A stretch of DNA of 64,000 nucleotides, from positions 51,524,001 to 51,588,000 of the forward strand of contig NC_086097.1 in the NCBI RefSeq assembly GCF_963921235.1, in the 5' to 3' direction. The position numbers and the translations under genes are program-made. Source of the DNA: Mobula hypostoma. Taxonomy: Eukaryota. The notes beneath the pieces were generated by a model, which was not told the DNA's origin, made no database searches, and saw only the letters and a program-made list of their open reading frames with translations. Shown piece after piece: positions 56,354-64,000 of this stretch. Position 1 is the first letter of the stretch, and each line of letters starts with the position of its first letter.

Positions 56354-58852
56354 TTATGTATCAATTCATGCACAGTGCATCAAAACAAACAAAATTCACA
56401 CATGTAAAAGTATTCAGGGTAAAATCAAGATACTGCTTCATCCGAAGCCTGAATTGATATATATGTTTAGGCTACCCTGCAGCTATGATCAAACATGGGG
56501 AACTTCAACCTGCCTTTGCAGCATTGTTAAATTATCAGAACTAATTTATTGCCATCTAAATATCAAAGATCTTACTGCAGTCTTGTTTTTTTTTAAAAAA
56601 ACAAGGCTTTTTGATAATCTTGATGTCACAAAGTCCATAACATAATTGAGCACAATTCAGACTATGTCAGATTCAGCTTTAAATTAATGGTGGATTTAGC
56701 TAAAAGAAAATTCATTTGTATAGCTCTCAAAATATCTCAATATGTTTCGACCAATTACCCATAATTATTTTTGACATTAGTTCTCACTCTAATGGGCAAA
56801 TGTGCACATGAAGCCACACAAACACTGAGGTATATGATAAAATAATTATGAAGTATTGCTAGTTACTAAAACAATTATGTTATTTAGTTAAAGTCCCAGC
56901 AACAAAAATGCGGTCTAAATAAGTGGACATAACTACAATGCATTAAATAATCTAATTATATGTTGAACCCAATTTCATGATACATAGTGATTTCCATGCA
57001 AAGTCATGCTCTTTCTTATGGATCCTCATATTTCCTCAAATCTAAACACTTTAACACACTTATTTAGGTTTGAGGAAATGTTTTGTTTCAAAATATCTCA
57101 GATCATTAAATCTAATACAAAATGTTTATTCCAAATTGAGGCAAATTGTAATTCTCTATTTTGGTGCTCACATCCTCTAATCTAAACAATGAATAATAAG
57201 ATCATCAAATGTCAGAGAAATTCAATGAAAATCAATTTGTTATTTTAATGATTTACAAATTCTGGGTTCATTTGTGATAACAGAAAGATTTATATTCCTA
57301 TGTAATATTCTTTTTGTTGGTGATCAAAAACCAGTTTAAGTGACATAACTTCCATTTAAAGCAGCTGTGTATGTCTGTGTATGTTTTTTTCCCCCCAAAG
57401 AAAACAAAGTAATATTTGTTCAATTTTTAAATTTAATTCTGGTGGTTAGTTCTTGGGGGTCTCATTTAAAATGAGGTTTAACCAATGAATAATATCTCTT
57501 GTCCAAAGCAGCACCAAAATTAATTTTCTTTCAATTTGCAATTTCCCTTAGGCTTATTAAAAATAAATATTACACTAATGACCATGAAACATTAGCATGT
57601 AGTGACAAAATAGGACAGTTAAATACTTAATTAAATCACAAAAATCCTAATACTTAAATAGTCCCGACTGAACCAGTAAGAGACAAAGCATATACAGAGT
57701 ACTATAGTCTGACAAAAATGAACCATTAGATCTAAAATTACAAACCTTAACCTTTTAAATTATAACCATTATTGGCCAGCAAGTGACATGGTGCATTCAT
57801 TCCAATGAACACAATGTGCCAGTGTACTTTGTTCTGTGCTCTTAAATCGCCCCACACAGTAAAGTCATGATTCTATTTAGATGGTGACAATAATGGAGGG
57901 AGGGGTAATGGACCTCAGGCTACGATGTAGAACAGAGTCAAACAAGGTTATATGCAGCTTTACCCTCTCAACTCACATCCCATCTCATCACTTTTGTCAA
58001 TTGTAAAAGCCCTGAAACCAAACAAAATCTTTCACAAAAGAAAGTATTGATCCATGTCCTCCTCATTTCAGTCTTACGTCAAGCAATTCCATTACTGTAG
58101 ATCAATAATATTCCAGTAACCATGGCAGAATATTAAACAAGCATTTTTTTTTAAAAACTTACTGCTTTAAGGTTTACATTGTTGGCCCTGAAGCAGCACT
58201 GTGTGAATTAATGAAGACAAGGGAAGGCAGATGCTGGAATATGGAGCAAAAAATTAAGCTGCTTGAGGAACTCAGGAGGTCAGATAGCATTTGTGGAGTG
58301 AAACAAGTAGCCGACAGTCCAGATGAAGGGCCTTGACCTGAAATGTCAACTGTCTTTTTCCATCCAGGAATGTGACTAGTGGATCAAAATGCTTCTATGC
58401 AGCAGGGAGCTGTCAGTGGTTCTTATTAAATAGGTAATGACATTTGGACAAACAAGGCAAGTACCATACAATGGATCAATCTTTTTTGAAAATATGTGCA
58501 CATTTGAATAATAAACTGTTTTTCAATAACTGTTTGCAGCACAGCATTTAAGTACAATCTTAAGGGAGATGGATAGCTTGCTTTAAGAATATTGAAGATT
58601 AAAAGGGATGAAATTAGAGTAGATGGCTCACATGGAAAGAAAGCATCAGCTCTTGACTCGCTGCTTGCACTGTAACATACTCTATTCTATAATCACCCTG
58701 CAACTAATTAATGTGATCTTTTAAAAAATGCAAGATTCTTGCCAATAATATTTCTTTTAAATTATAACATGTACTCAAAAGTTAATATAAAAACACCAAA
58801 ACAAATTACTGGCAATGGGGGAAATCAATGCAAAATGTCTGCATTGATATTC

Positions 58853-59127
58853 CAGATTTGGGAACAGCTTCTTTCCAACTGTGATAAGACTGCTGAATGG
58901 ATCCTGACCTGGATCTGGGCCGTACCCTCCAAATATCCGGACCTGCCTCTCAGTTTTTCTGCACTACCTTACTTCACATTTTCTATTTTCTATTTATGAT
59001 TTATAACTTAAATTTTTAATATTTACTATCGATTTGTAATTCAGGGAGTGGGAAGCACAGAATCAAGTATCGCTGTGATGATTGTACGTTCTAGTAGCAA
59101 TTGTTTGGTGACAATAAAGTATAAAGT
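58853..59127 (+). mobile_element. Rex1/Babar-like 3' end, same family as 52404-53184
   Basis: Very similar to 52888-53185. Confidence 0.85.
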
Positions 59128-59359
59128 TGATATTCTGTGTAGTGAGGGAAGAGGATTGGGGTTCAAAGCCAAGGCATATTTTGTTTTTACATTTGAGTTT
59201 CCCTCCATAATATTTCTTGAGCCTTCTTCCTTTTCCATACTATTAATTTTTAAACACACTGTCCACTCCTTTTCCTACAATACCCACCATCCTCCCCGCA
59301 ACCCCATAAAGCTCCCAATGATGATTCTATTCCTTTGAATGGTGCCGTAACCTACTTAC

Positions 59360-59850
59360 AGACTATAAGATATATTAGTAGAAGTCGGCTATTTGGCCCA
59401 TCTAGTCTGCTTCATTATTCCATAATGGCTGATTGATTATCCCTCTCATAACCGTTGACACCCTTACTACTCAAAAACCTATCAACTTCCACTTTAAATA
59501 CATCTAATAACTCGGCCTCTACAGCTATCATGGCAATTAACTCCACAGATTTATCACCCTCTGGTGAAAGAAATTCCTCCTCATCTCTGTTCTAAAGAGG
59601 TGTAATTCTATTCTCAAGCTGTGTCCTCTAGTCCTAGACTCTCCCACTATTGGAAACATCCACACCACATCCATTCTATCTAGGTCTTTTAATATTCAAT
59701 AGATTTCAATGAGACAACCCCACCCCCAAGTTTTTCTTAACTCCAGCAAGTACAGGTCCAGAACCATCAAACTCTCTCTGTACATTAACCCTTTCATTCC
59801 AGGGATTATTCTTGTGAACCTCCTCTTGACCTTCTCCAATGCTAGCACAT
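59360..59850 (-). mobile_element. Degenerate CR1-type LINE 3' end
   Basis: Reverse-complement similarity to 50850-51400. Confidence 0.75.
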
Positions 59851-60559
59851 AAATTTTATATATATTATATAAAATTTGCCTTCCTTACTACAGGACCAGA
59901 TATTCAATTTCCTCACTCAAAAGACCTCTTCTTAAAACTGTTAACTCTTCAATCCTGAAGTTCTTAATTTCAAAACTACTTAAGGTCACTGTTCCCACTG
60001 ATCCCAGATTCAATCTCCCCAATTTGTCCATGACTTACCTCTGCAGTCTGTACAGAATTTTATGATCCTCTTGCCAATGCACCCATATGAAAAGATCACA
60101 GGCCTACCTGCTGACGGGAGCCCTGTGTGGCTATTCGTAATCCCATTGCTGTGAAGTGGCTGTAAATCAGAGTCTCTGATATACTGGTTGGTAAAATTCC
60201 ACTAAACTTATAAAGACACTAACTCACAGACGACCTTAGTTCTGCATCGTTTTGCTCTAATAAATGTGAACCACAGCACTTGTATATCAAGTCCTAGTTT
60301 TACCGTAAATACAAGAAATAAGAATTCTGCTATTTTACAATGAAATTGGGGGATCAAGGAATCTCACAATATGGCCAATAGTTCACCAATTCTGAACTAT
60401 ATATACTGCTACAACTGATTTCTGAAATTTGTGTTTTATTTTAAAAAATCTATCTACTCAACTCAGGATCAGACTCGTTATTAAAATACAGTTCTATATA
60501 CTCTAACTCTAATATTTTTCTGCATTCTTTTGAGATTTCCAGAAATAAGAATAATACCA

Positions 60560-60840
60560 ACCTATGACATTCTTCTTCAGCTCTTTATCTCTTGTGCCCA
60601 TCATCTCCCGGCTTTTTATTTCACCTCTTTTCCCCAAACCTTGTTTCATCTATCACCTGCCAGCTTGTGGTCCTTCCCCTTCCCCACCACCTTATCATTT
60701 CCCCTTCCTTTCCAGCCTTGATGACGGGTCTCCGCCTGTAATGTCAATGGTTTATTCACCCCTATTGATGACGCCTGACCCGCTGAGCTCCTCCAGAATT
60801 TTGTATGTGTTGCTCAAGATTCCCAGAATCTTGTGTTTTT
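60560..60840 (+). mobile_element. Penelope-like 3' UTR/terminus remnant
   Basis: Pyrimidine-rich UTR, decayed hammerhead ttgatgacgggtctccgcctgtaatgtc, terminal gctgagctcctccag...tgtgttgc. Confidence 0.7.
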
Positions 60841-61252
60841 AAAGTGAAAATTGTTGTTTTGCAGCAGCAGTACAAAGACAAAAATCTATATAAGGTACAA
60901 AAATAAATCGTACAGTAAAAGGAAAACTGAGATGGATTCATGTACTTTTCAGAAATGTGATGTAGATTTACAAATGAAATTCAGAACACTGACCACTTTT
61001 CCATAAACTAACTGACAGGTGCCGAGGTTAACTATGACCTGATTTTGTGAAATCAGCAGATTTAAGAATTAAACTGAAACTATGATACTCACTGTCTGAA
61101 TCTGTTGAGCAATCAAAGCTTTGCTCAAGTGACACTATTACTGCTGTCAACTTTCATGCTCAGCAGCCTTTGTGTACCAGCATATTGCAGGCAAAAAGGT
61201 GTCTGCAAAAATTTCAGCCAGCGGTCTTTTACTCCAACGTGAAAATAGCCTG

Positions 61253-63770
61253 AACAAGAGAAAACCTGCAGAGGCTGGAAACCTGAGCAACACACACAAA
61301 ATGCTGGAGGAACTCAACAGCCTAGGCAGCATCTATGGAATAAAAGTACAAACGACATTTCGGGCCGAAACTCTTCGGTAGGACTGGAGAAATAAAGCTG
61401 ATGAGTAGATTTAAAAGGTGGTGGGGGTGAGGGGAGAGAGAACCACCAGGTGATATGTGAAAGTTGAAAGGTGATTGGTGAGCTGAGGTGAGAGGGGGAA
61501 AAGGGAATGGGAAATGAAGAAAGTGTGGGGGGGGGGGTTTGGGGGGCATTACCAGAAGTTTGAGAAATCGATGTTCATGCCATCAGGTTGGAGGCTATCC
61601 AAATGGAATACAAGGTGTTGTTCTTACAAGGTGTGGCCTCATCATGACAGTGGAGGAGGCCATGGAAGGACATATTGGAATGGGAATGGGAAGTGGAAAT
61701 TAAATGGGTGGCCACTGGGAGATCCCGCTTGTTCTGGTGAACGGAGTGTAGATGCTTGACGAAGCAGTCTCCCAATCTATGTCGGGTCACACCGATGTAC
61801 AGGAGGCCACACCAGGAGCATCAAACACAGTAAATGACCCCAACAGATTCACAGGTCAAGTCAAATCACTTTTTATTGTCATTTCAACCATAACTGCTGG
61901 TACAGTACACAGTAAAAACGAGACAACATTTTTCAGGACCATGGTGCTACATGAACAATACAAAAACTACACTGAACTACATAAAACAACACGAAACTAC
62001 ACTAGACTACAGACCTACCCAGGACTGCATAAAGTGCACAAAACGGTGCAGGCATTACAATAAATAATAAATAAGACAATATGCACAGTAGAGGGCAGTA
62101 GGTTGGTGTCAGTCCAGGCTCTGGGTATTGAGGAGTCTGATGGCTTGGGGGAAGAAATTGTTACATAGTCTGGTCGTGAGAGCCCGAATACTTTGGTGCC
62201 TTTTGCCAGATGGCAGGAGGGAGAAGAGTTTGTATGAGGGGTGCGTGGGGTCCTTCATAATGCTGTTTGCTTTACGGATGCAGCGTGTGGTGTAAATGTC
62301 TGTAATGGCAGGAAGAGAGACCCCGATGATCTTCTCAGCTGACCTCACTATCCGCTGCAGGGCCTTGCGATCCAAGATGGTGCAATTTCCAAACCAGGCA
62401 GTGATGCAGTTCTCAGGATGCTCTCAATACAACCTCTGTAGAATGTGGTGAGGATGGTGGGTGGGAGATGGACTTTTCTCAGCCTTCGCAAAAAGAAGAG
62501 ACGCTGCTGGGCTTTCTTTGCTATGGAGTTGGTGTTGAGGGACCAGGTGAGATTCTCCTGCAGGTGAACACCAAGAAATTTGGTGCTCTTAACGATCTCT
62601 CTGGAGGAGTCGTCGATGTTCAGCGGAGAGTGGCCGTTCTGTGTCCTCCTGAAGTCAACAACCATCTCTTTTGTTTTGTTCACATTCAGAGACAGGTTGT
62701 TGGCACTGCACCAGTCCGTTAGCTGCTGTATCTCCTCTTTGTATGCTGACTCATCGTTCTTGCTGATGAGACCCACCACGGTCGTGTCATCGGCAAACTT
62801 GATGATGTGGTTCGAGCTGTGTGTTACAGCACAGTCATGGGTCAGCAGAGTGAACAGCAGTGGACTGAGCACACAGCCCTGGGGGGCCCTGTGAAGTGTC
62901 GCCTCACCTGGAAGGACTGTTTAGAGCCTTGGATGGTAGTGAAGGAGGAGGTGTAGGGGCAGGTGTAGCACTTTTTCCGCTTGTAAGTATAAGTGCTAGG
63001 AGGGAGATCAGTGGGGAGGGACGAATGGACAAGGGAGTTGTGTAGGGAGCGATCCCTGCAGAAGGCAGAAAATGGGGAAGGGGGAGAGGGAAAGATGTGT
63101 TTTGTGGTGGGATCTTGTTGGAAGTGGCAGAAGTTTCGGAAAATTATGTGCTGGATGCAGAGGCTGGTGGGGTGGCAGGAGGATGGGGTAAGAGAAGATG
63201 TGTGTGAAATGGAAGAGATGCAGTTGAGGGCAGCGCTGATGGTGGAGGAAGGGAAGTCCCTTTCTTTGAAAAAGGAGGACATCTCCTTTGTTCCAGAATG
63301 AAAAGCCTCATCCTGAGAGCAGATGCGGCAGAGACATAGCAATTGAGAAAATGAGCTGGCATTTTTACAAGCAGTAGGGTGGGACAAGGTGTAGTCTAGG
63401 TAGAAGTGAGAGTCCGTAGGTTTGTAATAGACATCAGTGGATATGCTGTCTCCGGAGGTAGAGACAGTGAGATCGAGAAAGAGAAGGGAGGTGTTGGAAA
63501 AAGAACAGGTGAATTTGAGGGCAGGGTGCAGGTGGAATTTGGAGGCAAAGTGGATGAAGTCGACAAGTTCAGCATGGGTTCAGGAAGCAGCACTAATGCA
63601 ATTGTCGATGTAGCGTAGGAAAAGTGCGGGATGGTCACCAGTGTAGGCTTGGAACATAGACTGTTCCACGTAGCTGACAAACAGGGACCTCTGTGATTGC
63701 CCATGGATACCCCTTTTGTTTGAAGGAAGTGGGAGGAGCCAAAGGAGAAATGATCGAAAATAGCACTCCC
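61253..63770 (-). mobile_element. Older Penelope-like (Neptune-type) element split by a Rex-like LINE
   Basis: RT motif FLRYIDNCISAAS (63580..63786), thumb/linker ORF 62842..63387, GIY-YIG remnant 61575..61790, same 3' terminus as the 30181 element. Confidence 0.9.
61857..62890 (-). mobile_element. Rex1/Babar-like LINE 3' part nested in the Penelope element
   Basis: ORFs 62348..62872 and 62109..62375 (PQGCVLSPLLF, KFADDTTVVG, NFFPQAIRLLN); (acttg)n tail. Confidence 0.92.
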
Positions 63771-64000
63771 TCCTCCCTCCAGCCAAAAGTGGTTGCTCCA
63801 GCTATCAATGTCAAGATAACAACTGAAAACAGAATTATAATGCTACTTATCAGACAGTTACAAACTAGATTTTTAAAAAATTTTAATTTAGAGATACAGC
63901 ATAGTAACAGGCCCCCTTCTGGCCCAATGAACCCATACTGCCCAATTACATGCATGAGACCACTTAACCTACATGTAGGGTATTTGTATTGTGGGAAGAA

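Noticed and set aside
58215..58375. Fifth fold-back Penelope insertion
   Set aside because: The orientation switch is visible but the sequence is too decayed and I found no TSD, so it was not counted
41000..64000. TRIM9 RING/B-box first exon
   Set aside because: No RING or B-box coding frame or non-repeat CpG island found; Cys-rich ORFs here are TE-derived or random

Overview
Vertebrate genomic DNA. The repeat families and the TRIM9 sequence suggest a cartilaginous fish (ray or shark), which is an inference. The only host gene I can support is TRIM9 on the minus strand. Nine coding exons (40935 down to 9723) splice in frame through GT-AG sites into 441 aa of coiled-coil/COS/FN3/SPRY plus a stop. 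The RING/B-box first exon is not in the window and presumably lies beyond 64000. The rest is intron or 3' flank packed with retroelements (CR1, Rex1/Babar, Penelope/Neptune-like, L1, RTE, SINEs, solo LTRs) and one Harbinger-type DNA transposon. The most striking structure is a zero-spacer ~2.5 kb palindrome (30217-32707) made of two inverted Penelope-like 3' halves. It has a 14-bp target-site duplication and a minimal hammerhead ribozyme motif in each arm. At least three smaller insertions share this asymmetric fold-back architecture. Also present are a twin-primed L1, several nested insertions and a tandem splice acceptor. I found no prokaryotic systems, CRISPR arrays, rRNA or tRNA genes. Coordinates were read by eye, and repeat edges without a TSD are approximate.
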